A program made the position numbers and the translations under genes. The notes under the pieces are model-generated. The model saw only the letters and a program-made list of their open reading frames with translations. It was not told where the DNA came from and ran no database searches. From positions 571,826,001-571,890,000 of the forward strand of contig NW_027362761.1 of NCBI RefSeq assembly GCF_046119375.1: a DNA stretch of 64,000 bases, read 5' to 3'. Source of the DNA: Phyllobates terribilis (Eukaryota). The first letter of the stretch is position 1. Every line of letters begins with the position of its first letter. Positions 11,548 through 23,534 of the stretch are shown here, in pieces.

Positions 11548-13053
11548 GTGTGTGGTACTCATTCTATTAGGCCATCTATACTAAGCTCCACCAGCTTTCA
11601 AATTACTAATCATTTTTAGATGCATCTTGCCTGGAAAATAATTTTGGCCTGTAGCAGTGTGTGGTACTCATTCTATTAGGCCATCTATACTAAGCTCCAC
11701 CAGCTTTCAAATTACTAATCATTTTTTGCTGCATCTTGCCTGGAAAATAATTTTGGGCATAGTAGCAGTGTGTGGTACTCATTCTATTAGGCCATCTATA
11801 CTAAGCTCCACCAGCTTTCAAATTACTAATAATTTTTAGCTGCATCTTGCCTGGAAAATAATTTTGGGCCTGTAGCAGTGTGTGGTGCTCATTCTATTAG
11901 GCCATCTATACTAAGCTCCACCAGCTTTCAAATTACTATTAATTTTTAGCTGCATCTTGCCTGGAAAATAATTTTGGGCATATTAGCAGTGTGTGGTACT
12001 CATTCTATTAGGCCATCTATACTAAGCTCCACCAGCTTTCAAATTACTAATAATTTTTAGCTGCATCTTGTCTGGAAAATAATTTTGGGCATAGTAGCAG
12101 TGTGTGGTACTCATTCTATTAGGCCATCTATACTAAGCTCCACCAGCTTTCAAATTACTAATAATTTTTAGCTGCATCTTGCCTGGAAAATAATTTTGGG
12201 CCTGTAGCAGTGTGTGGTACTCATTCTATTAGGCCATCTATACTAAGCTCCACCAGCTTTCAAATTACTAATAATTTTTAGCTTCATCTTGCCTGGAAAA
12301 TAATTTTGGGCATAGTAGCAGTGTGTGGTACTCATTCTATTAGGCCATCTATACTAAGCTCCGCCAGCTTTCAAATTACTAAGAATTTTTAGCTGCATCT
12401 TGCCTGGAAAATAATTTTGGACATAGTAGCAGTGTGTGGTACTCATTCTATTAGGCCATCTATACTAAGCTCCACCAGCTTTCAAATTACTAATAATTTT
12501 TAGCTGCATCTTGCCTGGAAAATAATTTTGGCCTGTAGCAGTGTGTGGTACTCATTCTATTAGGCCATCTATACTAAGCTCCACCAGCTTTCAAATTACT
12601 AATCATTTTTTGCTGCACCTTGCCTGGAAAATAATTTTGGGCATAGTAGCAGTGTGTGGTACTCATTCTATTAGGCCATCTATACTAAGCTCCACCAGCT
12701 TTCAAATTACTAATAATTTTTAGCTGCATCTTGCCTGGAAAATAATTTTGGGCCTGTAGCAGTGTGTGGTGCTCATTCTATTAGGCCATCTATACTAAGC
12801 TCCACCAGCTTTCAAATTACTATTAATTTTTAGCTGCATCTTGCCTGGAAAATAATTTTGGGCATATTAGCAGTGTGTGGTACTCATTCTATTAGGCCAT
12901 CTATACTAAGCTCCACCAGCTTTCAAATTACTAATAATTTTTAGCTGCATCTTGTCTGGAAAATAATTTTGGGCATAGTAGCAGTGTGTGGTACTCATTC
13001 TATTAGGCCATCTATACTAAGCTCCACCAGCTTTCAAATTAATAATAATTTTT
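11548..13053. repeat. ~110-bp tandem repeat, ~14 copies
   Basis: Unit GTGTGTGGTACTCATTCTATTAGGCCATCTATACTAAGCTCCACCAGCTTTCAAATTACTAAT...GCCTGGAAAATAATTTTGGG; spacing 109-111 bp. Confidence 0.97.
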
Positions 13054-13056
13054 GTT

Positions 13057-13212
13057 CTCTCTGAACGTGTGTTCAGCGCTGCTGGTGGTGTGCTGACAGA
13101 TAAGCGCACGCGGCTGTCCACTGACAATGTAGACAGACTCACGATCATAAAGATGAACAAATCATGGATCCGCAAGGACTTTTCTACCCCTGTGTCATCC
13201 TGGGGAGAGTAA
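13057..13212 (+). pseudogene. C-terminal (dimerisation-domain) remnant of a hAT transposase
   Basis: Translates as LSERVFSAAGGVLTDKRTRLSTDNVDRLTIIKMNKSWIRKDFSTPVSSWGE*, which parallels LSERVFSAAGGIITDKRIRMSTENADRLTLIKMN at 32603-32998. Confidence 0.92.
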
Positions 13213-13599
13213 AAGCTTGAGGATTTGTTAAAATGACCTCACCAACCGTTTTAAGCAACTCTGTGGCAATTGATGCCACTTAAGTGGTGTCTGTGCCCCA
13301 AATTTTTGGAAAAAATGGAGACTCTTTTTGGAGTCCCCTTGCTGTGTTTTACGTGACGTTGGTATCGTCAATTGCAAATGGGTTGGGTCTCCCCCCCCCC
13401 TTTTAACCGTAAGAAACTACATACACTATGGCTTGGGGTAACACAGATGGTTGAGTCTGAAGAGCTGTTTACTCAGAGGTCTGCTCCAAAGCTTCAGTGT
13501 CTGCTAGTCAGCGTAGTAACCCAGCTGCGAAGCAAGCTGCACCGCCTGTGTATCTAATAATGATTTTTAACTGCATCTAGCCTAGGCAGACTGTGGTGA

Positions 13600-14200
13600 C
13601 CCCCAACCAAACCCAGACGCTCAGCCCCCTACCGCCCACTTTCATTGACAATACAATCATGTAACTCTTACAACTGGATGGGTGAGGATCGGTCACAGCT
13701 TTATTAACTGTTTATACTCATTACATTAGAAAGGCATTTTATTTCTAAAATAATTCAGCTTGTTGCAGCATGCCCTGTGTCTCCAGTCTCCACAACGGCA
13801 AGTTGGCCAACAAGTGTAACTCTCCAACATGTCCTTTCTATTTCCAGGCCACGGAGGATCCTGCGTACTCGTATGCAGGACTCTGACCCCCATCCATCAC
13901 TCTTAACGCTTGTTCCACTCCGTCCTGGAGTCCTGACAGGAATATGTCCAGTCCAATATCCATTAAGTGAACACAGTCGGGCCGTATGAGGCCTGCTTTA
14001 TCTCCTTCCAGTTGTCCGCCTCTGTCTCTTATAAATTTTGGCATCCAAATATTTATTAACCGCCTTGTCCTTTCGATGGCCGTGATGTCTCGGGCACCTT
14101 GCCATAAAGTGCTCGGCACAATCTCTGACTATTTTTGTGAAAAATTCTCTGAAGCGCTCAGTGTCTAGTTTCATTATTGCCATTAGTTATGCGCTCTTGT
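13600..14200 (-). mobile_element. 3' remnant of an Ngaro/DIRS-type retrotransposon with an SGNH-hydrolase ORF fragment
   Basis: Frameshifted MKLDTERFREFF / SEIVPSTLWQGARD...LIRPDCVHLMDIGLDIFLSGLQDGVEQAL, containing the SGNH block-V D-x-x-H motif. A downstream AATAAAGCTGTGACCG lies on the minus strand near 13700. Confidence 0.55.
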
Positions 14201-14710
14201 GATAACCTAGGTTGTTTCCCCCGGCCTGTATAACTAAGATGACCGGACCTTTTGTACTACTTTTCTACTACTTCTGGCTTTTGTACTACATTTGAATGTG
14301 AAAGCTGTAACTTCTCTTTCTATTCTTTTTGCTTGTTTTCATTAAATTTTTTTGACATTTTGATATTCATATTTTCCAGTATATTTTATATCTAATTAGC
14401 AAAAAGTACAAATATTGTAACAGGCTTCAAATTGGACTGTTGGCATTCACCCTCTTAGGACTGGTTTCTTTTAGTTCCCTTTTGTAGCCCCTCTACCTTT
14501 ACTTATCTTTTATTGCTACCTTTAATCATTTGTGGGGCGATCAGCCCATGAGTTTGTTTTCTGCCACATGTTGATTTCTGTGTACTTGACTATATGTTGT
14601 GATCTTGTCGGAAAGTTTGTATGAAGGTGTGGGGTTAGTGAGAGCAGTGATAGATTCAATGCCCTAGTGTTCTGGGATTGTAGGGATTAAGGTATTTGCC
14701 ACATGATCTA

Positions 14711-16225
14711 GCATTTCCCAGATGGGAGGCTTCGGATTCGGCTGCTCCATTCAGCCCTGATTTCAACGCCATTCCTGGTATAAATGTGTAGGTGGAAGAT
14801 TTTGGACCAATTCATTTTTTTAATTTGTTTTTTACAGACAGCTTGCTAGAGCATATTGTCGTGCAAACAAATTTATATGTGTCCCAATTCATAAGCCAGA
14901 ATCCCCGATCTTACTATGCTAGGGCAAATTTATGGACACCAACTAATGTCCCGGAAATAAAAAAAAATTTAGGACTTACATTTGCCATGGGGCTTGTTAA
15001 AAAACCGAGCATTCGATCCTACTGGTCCAACCACCCTGTTCAAGCCACCCCTATGTTGTCAGTCGTTCTGCCTAGGACCCGTTATGAAATGCTCATGCGG
15101 TTTTGACATTTTAGCGACAATAGCCAATGCCTGCCAAGAAAAGCCCCAGAACATGACAGGTTATATAAAATTAGACCCATCATTCAAAATTTGTCAGAAA
15201 AATTCTTAAGGCTCTACACCCCAACACAAAATATTTCTATAGATGAGTCCCTTGTAAAATTCAAAGGAGGACTGCACCTCAAGCAATTTATCCCATCTAA
15301 AAGGGCAAGGTTTGGAATAAAGATCTATAAAATTTGCGAAAGTTCAACTGGATACACATCCGCTTTTCGCATATATGAGGGGAAAGATAGCCAACTAAAC
15401 CCACCAGGATGCCCTACTTATCTGGGGACATCTGGAAAAATTGTTTGGGAGCTGATAAGTCCATTTTTTCAAAAAGGCTACAATCTATATGTGGACAATT
15501 ATTACACCAGCATACCCCTATTTAAAAGTCTGGTTGAACACAACATCGGGGCTTGTGGGACCATCTGTAAAAACCGTCAGGGATTTCCACAACCATTGGT
15601 CAAGCAAAAGTTTCAAAAGGGGCAGTCAGGGGCTGTACGCAACAGAGAGCTGCTTGCCCTGAAATATAGGGATAAGAGGGATATTTTTGTCCTCAGCTCG
15701 ATCCACACAGATGCCACAAGGGCCACTGTAGAACTAGGATCCACCACTCTGAAGCAAAAACCTGTGTCAGTCATTGACTACAACAAACACATGGGGGGTG
15801 TGGACCTTGCAGACCAGGTTCTACAGCCATACCAGGTATCAAGAAAGTCCTATACCTGGTATAAAAAGTTGGTTATTTATTTGTTTCAGGTGGCCACATA
15901 CAATTCTTTTGTGTTGTACAAAAAAGCAGGAAATTCAGATCCTTTTCTTGATTATAAAGAAAAGGTAATTGAAAATCTTGTCTTTCAAAGTGTTAGCCCC
16001 GCTCATCCATTAGAATCTGAGGATGTGAAAAGACTCACTGAGCGACATTTTATTGCACTTATTCCAGCAACGGAAACAAGAAGGAACCCCCAGAAAAGAT
16101 GTCGTGTATGTACTAAGAGAGAAATGAGGCGTGATACCCGCTACTATTGCCCACAATGCCCATCATTGCCAGCCTTAAGCGTCACTGACTGCTTTAAAAT
16201 CTTCCACACAGAACCACGTTTTTAA
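14711..16225 (+). pseudogene. piggyBac (PGBD4-like) transposase pseudogene
   Basis: One reading frame with only two stops (TAG 14789, TGA 15104). Catalytic motifs SIDES, VDNYY and DLADQ are present, plus a C-terminal Cys-rich domain CRVC...YCPQCP...CFKIFH. Confidence 0.92.
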
Positions 16226-17838
16226 ACTGTAAAAATGTATCCCAATTTGTCATTCAAACATTTGGTTCATTTAGTGAATGACACATTCGAGTAGAGCTCA
16301 CTTAATTTCCAGGGGGGGTTCTCCAGAATCTAAACCTTCCATTGCGTGCTTGTTTCTGGAAATCATCCATTGAGTTAAAATGGTCACTAAACCCATAGAT
16401 GAATTCCCAGAGGGGTGTCATTTCCAAAATGGGGTCACTTCAGGGGGGATTCTTTAGTTCTGGTACTTAGTGCCTCTGAAAAGTGCCAGAACAGCAGAAC
16501 CCCCCCTGAAGTGACCTCATTTTGGAAATGACACCTCTCTGGGAATTCATCTATTGGTTTAGTGACCATTTACCTATCTACTTATTTTCCCTCCACTAGA
16601 TTAATTTATACAGAGGAGAAGATTGTAAAATTCAGTCACTTGTTGGGGGTTTCCTCTGTTTAGGCACCTCAGGGGCATTTTGGGGTCCATTTTTTCTGGC
16701 CCAAACAGTGGCTTTGCACCACATATTGGGTATCAACGTACTCAGGAGAAATTGCACAACACATTTTGGGGTCCATTTTTTCTGGCTGCCCTTGTAAAAA
16801 TTAAAAATTTGAGGCTAAAGTAGCAGTTTTGTGTTAAAAATGTGTTTTTTTATTTTCACACTTCAACATTATAAAATTCTGTGAAGCCCCTGGGGGTTCA
16901 AGGTGCTCACCACACATCTAGATAAGTTCCTTGAGGGGTCTAGTTTCCAAAATGGGGTCACTTGTTGGGGGTTTCCTCTGTTTAGGCACCTCAGGGGCTC
17001 TCCAAATGCAACATGGCGTCCGCTATCGATTCCAGTCAAATTTCCATTCCAAAAGTCAAATGGCGCTCCTTACCTTCCAAGCCATGCCGTGTGCCCAAAC
17101 AGTGGCTTTGCACCACATATGGGGTATCAGCGTGCTCAGGAGAAATTGCACAACACATTTTGGGGTCCATTTTTTCTGGCTGCCCTTGTTAAAATTAAAA
17201 ATTTGAGGTTAAAGTAGAAGTTTTGTGAAAAAAGTTAAATGTTCATTGTTTTCTTCCACATTCCAAAAATTCCTGTGAAGCACCTGAAGGGTTAATAAAC
17301 TTCTTGAATGTGGTTTTGAGCACCTTGAGGGGTGCAGTTTTTAGAATAGTATCACTTTTGGGTATTTTCTGTCATAAAGGCCCCTCAAAGTCACTTCAAA
17401 TAAGATGTGGTCCCTAAAAAAATGTTTTTGTAAATTTTGTTGTAAAAATGAGAAATCGCTGGTCAACTTTTAACCCTTATAGCTTCCTAACAAAAAAAAA
17501 TTTTGGTTCCAAAATTGTGCTAATGTGAAGTAGACATGTGGGAAATGTTATTTATTAACTATTTTGTGTAACATATCTCTCTGATTTAAGGGCATGAAAA
17601 TTGCAAAATTTTCAAAATTTTTGCCAAATTTCCCATTTTTTCACAAATAAACGCAAGTGATATCAAAGAAATTTTACCACTATCATGAAGTACAATATGT
17701 CACGAAAAAACTTTCTCAGAATCAGGGGAATCCGTTGAAGCGTTCCAGAGTAATTACCTCATAAAGTGACAGTGTTCAGAATTGAAAAAATTGGCCCGGT
17801 CACGAAGGCAAAAACAGGCTATGGTGCGAAGTAGTTAA
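14711..17838 (+). mobile_element. piggyBac transposon, 5'-truncated, 3' end ending in TTAA
   Basis: Transposase, then ~1.6 kb of subterminal direct repeats (16636/16959 and 16698/17093), ending GTAG|TTAA at 17835-17838. Confidence 0.88.
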
Positions 17839-18002
17839 GTTTACTGGCCTATAATTTCCAAGTTCAGTTTTTGTACCCTTTTTGAATATTGGCACCACAT
17901 TTGCTATACGCCAGTCCTGTGGTACAGACCCTGTTATTATGGAATCTTTAAAGATTAAAAATAATGGTCTATCTATGACGTTACTTAATTAATGGTGGAA
18001 GT

Positions 18003-18203
18003 AATGTGATGGTCTGGGGTTGCTTTGGTGCTGGTAAAGTGGGAGATTTGTACAAGGTAAATGAGATTTTGAATAAGGAAGGCTATCACTCCATTTTGCA
18101 ACGCCATGCCATACCATGTGGACTGCGCTTGATTGGAGCCAATTTCATCCTACAACAGGACAATGACCCAAAGCACACCTCCAAATTATGCATGAACTAT
18201 TAG
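18003..18203 (+). pseudogene. Internal fragment of a second Tc1 (Intruder-like) subfamily transposase
   Basis: VMVWGCFGAGKVGDLYKV...LQQDNDPKHTSKLC; clearly diverged from copies 1-3. Confidence 0.85.
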
Positions 18204-19590
18204 TATTATAGTAGTTTTATTCTTGTACACAGTGGCAGTATTATAGTAGTTATATTCTTGTACATAGGAGCAGTATTATAGTAGTTATATTCTTGTACAT
18301 AGGAGTAGCATTATAGTAGTTATATTCTTGTACATAGGGGCAGTATTATAATAATTATATTCTTGTACATAGGTGGCAGTATTATAGCAGTTATTTCTTG
18401 TATATAGGGGCAGTATTATAGTAGTTATATTCTTGTACATAGGAGCAGTATTATAGTAGTTATATTCTTGTGCATAGGAGCATTATTATAGTAGTTATAT
18501 TCGTGTACATAGAGGCTGTATTATAGTAGTTATATTCTCGTACATAGGGGACAGTATTATAGTAGTTATATTCTTGTACATAGGGGCATAATTATAGTAG
18601 TTATATTCTTGTACATAGGAGCAGTATTATAGTAGTTATATTCTTGTACATTGGAGCAGTATTATAGTAGTTATATTCTTGTACATAGGAGCAGTATTAT
18701 AGTAGTTATATTCTTGTACATAGGGGGCAGTATTATAGTAGTTATATTCTTGTACGTAGGAGCAGTATTATAGTAGTTATATTCTTGTACATAGAGAGCA
18801 GTATTATAGTAGTTATATTGTACATAGGGGCAGTATTATAGTAGTTATATTCTTGTACATAGAGAGCAGTATTATAGTAGTTATATTCTTGTACATAGGG
18901 GCAGTATTATAGTAATTATATTGTTGTACATAGGAGCTGTATTATAGCAGTTATAGTCTTGTACATAAGAGCAGTATTATAGTAGTTATATTCTTGTACA
19001 TAGGGGGCAGTATTATAGTAGTTATATTCTTGTATATAGGAGCAGTATTATAGTAGTTATATTCTTGCACATAGGGGCAGTATTATAGTAATTATATTGT
19101 TGTACATAGGAGCTGTATTATAACAGTTATAGTCTTGTACATAAGAGCAGTATTATAGTAGTTATATTCTTGTACATAGGGGGCAGTATTATAGTAGTTA
19201 AATTCTTGTACACAGGAGCAGTATTATAGTAGTCATATTCATGTACATAGGAGCAGTATTATAGTAGTTATATTCTTGTACATAAGAGCAGTATTATAGT
19301 AGTTATATTTTTGTACATAGGGGGCAGTATTATAGTAGTTATATTCTGGTACATAGGAGCAGTATTATGATAGTTATATTCATGTACATAGGGGGCAGTA
19401 TTATAGTCGTTATATTCTTTTACATAGAGGGCAGTACTATAGTAGTTGTATCCATGTACATAGGGGCAGTATAATATTAGTTATATTCTTATACATAGGG
19501 GGGAATATTATAGTAGCTATAGTCTTGTATATAGGGGACATATTATAGTAGTTATATTTTTGAAAATAGGGGCAGTATTATAGTATTTTT
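18204..19590. repeat. 35-bp (34-37) minisatellite, ~39 copies
   Basis: Unit GGAGCAGTATTATAGTAGTTATATTCTTGTACATA; it decays toward the right end. Confidence 0.97.
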
Positions 19591-21197
19591 TTTACCCACA
19601 AGTTTAATTTGATAGTTGTTGTTTTCTTGTCTACTTGCGACTGAAATATTCCTATTGTTTTAACACTTACTGTCTCTACTGTGTAACTCCATAATGATTG
19701 TGCCATCACTGATGCTGATATGAGTCGTGACTTGATTCATACACTGCAAGGCAACGCTACTTGTCTCATCTTTATTATGTGCTTAATTTGACCCTGTACA
19801 ATTGTCAAAATCAATATAAGTGTAATGTATATTCAAATGAATATTAATGCCAGAGAAATGAATTTCTCCACTTATAAAATGCTCCAAAACGTTCCTATTA
19901 ATTACAACACCTGTCTGGGTGTTACTATTTATCTTTGCGGATAATCTTATGGAAATACAGCAATCGGCAGAGAGGAAAACGCAAAAGTGATCTGCCTTCT
20001 CTGGTCTACTGGAAGGGAATTTATTCATTTTGTCAGATGTTGCAAAGGACGTGCGACCGAGTCAAAGGCTCTCATGTTGGGCTAATTCATTTGGATGATT
20101 GTAATCAATGCAATCAGTGGTGTCTGCCACATAGACTAGCCTATTCATTTTCATAGTCATAAAGCATTGATACAAGTCCTCCTGACTTGTCAGGTTTAGA
20201 TAATGTTATCCAATGTGTCTTACCTAGGGAGTGGAAGTTTTGTTGTTGTAGTGACAGCAGCCCGGATGAACCCTCTAATGGAATTGTACTTTGTCACGAG
20301 GACTACTCACTCACGACACACATGGCTTGGAGGTTGCCATAAAGGGTCCCTCTGGCCACTCACTCATCCACACACCTATTGCAATAGGCCAACAATCAGC
20401 TAAGCGCATCCTACAGATAGTCGCCACTTCCATGCCTTACTTTACCAGGCTACCAACATGCCGCACTGGGAAACACACTGGTACACATGCACACCCAGCT
20501 TTCACAAGCTTTTTCTATATTCGAGATTGTTAGTCTGTTAGAGCAACATGGGACAAACTTATAAAAATGTTTATTTAATATACAAAAAGAGTACAGCACT
20601 TAAAAAGGTTTCAAAAAGTGAAATACCAAAAAGAAATACATAGAGGAAAAAACAAAATAAAATAAAAGGGATAAAATACAGAGAGGTCTTACGGATTGGA
20701 TACGTGAAAGCCTCTGATGGAGGAGAGCACTGCAGGAAATATGGATAGATCTGCAATACTACTTGTTTCGTCTGGGGTCCAAAATGGATATTCCTTGTTA
20801 TAAAGGGTGTAACTAAAACCCTCACTCGTCACACCTATGAGGTAAGAGGGGGACAACTGATTAGATTCGATTCTAATCGAATCTAGTTTTAGCCCTTGTT
20901 TCTGCTGTGTCAGCATACTGACAGATTTAATATATTTTTTAGATTAAAAAAAAGGTTCAGAAATGATCCCTTTTAGTAATATGTGGTCAGGCAGACCGTT
21001 CTATACAGAACACTGATTCAAACTGACGGTGTTGCTGCCAGAGGTGACATCATTCTGCTAAGACTGAGACGAGTATTGTATCATATATTACACAACCCCT
21101 CCACTTCCTTTCTGACATGCACACTTTATGAGGTAGACAGTCACAATTAAAAGGGTTGGACACTTTGTGTTGTTTGTGCAACTTCCTTCACAAACTG

Positions 21198-21384
21198 ACC
21201 AGCACTTCTGTCTATAAAATGGCTGCTGATGGAGAGGCACATGACCAGACCAATTGATCATCCTCCTCCAATAGAAAAGCAACCTTACCATGTATATAGT
21301 GTTTTCCTATTGGAGGAGGCTGATGGACTGATCTGGTCACAAGGTGCCTCCATCTGAAGCCATTTTATGGACAGAAGTGCTTGT
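21198..21384. repeat. Imperfect palindrome, probably a MITE core
   Basis: ACCAGCACTTCTGTCTATAAAATGGCT...CCTCCTCCAATAG pairs with CTATTGGAGGAGG...AGCCATTTTATGGACAGAAGTGCTTGT. Confidence 0.7.
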
Positions 21385-21559
21385 CGATTTGTGGTAAAAG
21401 CTGCACTAATAAGAAAAATTGGCCAAATCCTTTAAACGGATTCAGCTACTTAATCATTTATCTTAACCCCCATAAAAAATCCCAGTAACATATAATTTAG
21501 TTGTGTAGTTGCAGAAAAATTCACTTTTAATCCATATTCAAAAAAGGGCACTTGGCATG

Positions 21560-22408
21560 TGTCACACCCTCCGATTTGTGCTCTTTCACAGTAAGGCGTA
21601 TACAGTATGATACAGTATGATTAGATACCTGACCTGCGTATCTAATCTAGCACCCAGGTCATAGAACCCCAGCACTGTACTCCAGTACTGTACTGTAACC
21701 AATGCAACAATACAGAACCTATAGATTGAGAAACTATAGTTTGGTGGGCCAGACAGGGACGACCAAAAGGCCAAATGTGGACACTTTGCCAATGTCTTCT
21801 CTAGATGCACTGAGTAAGGTGACTCGATCCAAGGTACCCAGGTAGCTCCAACTAGGGCTTCTTCGGACAGGTTTTGCACCATCTACTCTGACTAACAGGT
21901 CCCAAGGAAGCCCTGACCTTCACCCTTCAACCCCTCTACAGGAATGTGGACTGAAACAGGGTTCCTAGGTTGAGTCCCTGGAGTAGCTGTTGACCGGTGG
22001 CTGACATGAATGGTCAGGTAGCCATGTCAGAACCAGGAGATACAGACAAGAACAAACTCATCAGGCATTAGAATGGTCATTAAATGAGCTGAGGTCTAAA
22101 ATAGGAGAATGCACTACAATCACTGGAGCTGAGAGCAGCAAGAGTTAACCAGTATATAGTATAAACTATAACTGGCAACCAGGGACTGAAATCTGGAGGT
22201 TTAAATAGCAAAGAACCTCCCCATGGCATCAAACTAATGAGTTCACTGAAGAGTAACAGGCTAACTGACCAGAGGGATACAAGACTCAGCAGAACTAGGG
22301 TCCAACAGAATAAACGCCTGTGCTGGCCAGTGGCAACAACGGTGGCAATGCCACGCTGCCCAGCGATGGGGCAAAAGGAGACAGGAGCATGTCCAGATAC
22401 AAATGTTA
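21560..22408. mobile_element. Possible solo LTR
   Basis: TGTCACA...TGTTAC ends and a composition unlike the AT-rich flanks. No clear TSD. Confidence 0.3.
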
Positions 22409-23184
22409 CTCGCGGCATAAGAAAAAATATTGTAGTAAAGAGTTCATGTGTAATATTTTGGATATGGAAAAAAAAGAATGTCATATGCTTTAAAGTCAAA
22501 TCCATGGAGTGAATTTGCCCCATGCCTGTAAATATCATACATTCCTAGTGTCAAGATAATTAATATCTCACATAACAAGGATATGCTCCTTACTATGCAA
22601 CTTACTATTTCCTGTATAGGCATATTGTATGGATTTCCGCGTGAGAGTAAATTTGTGACTCTGTTAGTCATTGAAAAATCTCAAAGCAATAGGCAAAATA
22701 TTAGGGTACAGCCGCAGGAACATTTTCAGGCCTTTACCTAATTAACCCCTACTGTATGCACGTTGTGTAATTAGTGTGCGCTCGCCGTCCTTACCTTTGT
22801 TACCTCAACAGCTAATAAGCCATTTGCCATCAAAGACTAATTAACAACTTTAATGAAGATGTGGGATAATTAGTGCAATTAGGCACTTATTAACACCTTG
22901 GTCGCCCTTCATGACCTAGTAGCCATGGTTCCCATGGACTTAAACTGAATATGATGGATACATCTCAAAAAGTAACATATGAAAAAATCTGAAAATTGTA
23001 TAGCATATGCTTATTGTATTTTGTATAATAAAGACGTACAGTATTTATTTTTATTCTACTTAGTACTGCAATGCATTTAATTTATACGTTTCTAAACTTT
23101 TGCCAATAAAGGACATAGTTTTAAGGAACTTTTCCCTTTAAAACAAAAAATCATTAAACATTTTCTGTAAAGTCAACTTTTTAA

Positions 23185-23534
23185 AGGGATATTCTCAAGT
23201 TTGAAAGTTATCTCCATTGCATGGGGTAAGGGATAACTTCCGATCGCTGGGGGTCCAACTGCTGAAACTCTTACCAATCCCGAGAAGTGGGAATGGAGCG
23301 GTGATTAAGCATGTGCGCTGCTGCTCCATTCTTTCTTAATTGGATAACCAGAGATAGCCGAATGCTGCTGTTGACTGGTCTTTGGCATTCCGATAAGAAT
23401 GAACTGAGCAGCAGTTCGCATGATCGGCTACCGCTTCATTCTCACAGATTGGTGGTGGTCCCAGTGTTGGGACTGCCAGCGATCAGGAAGTTATCCCCTA
23501 TCCATGGGGTGGTAAAAGCTTCCCATCAAATTCT
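23185..23534. mobile_element. Diverged T2-type MITE
   Basis: TTAA|AGGGATATT...ATTCT|TTAA; internal GGATAACTTCCGATCGCTGG pairs with CCAGCGATCAGGAAGTTATCC. Confidence 0.7.

Larger units (their letters stand above)
10510..13585 (+). mobile_element. hAT-superfamily element, internal-deletion derivative lacking its right end
   Basis: TAGAGATGAGC terminus with clustered TTCGA/TCGAAC subterminal motifs, tandem repeats, and a hAT C-terminal coding remnant at 13057-13212. Confidence 0.8.

Noticed and set aside
11548-19590. CRISPR-like appearance of the 110-bp and 35-bp arrays
   Set aside because: They are head-to-tail repeats with no unique spacers and no cas genes, in a eukaryotic context.
18204-19590. 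Common origin of the 35-bp and 30-bp satellites
   Set aside because: Similarity is limited to short TAGTA / TA(C/T)ATAG words expected from low complexity; the monomers do not align.
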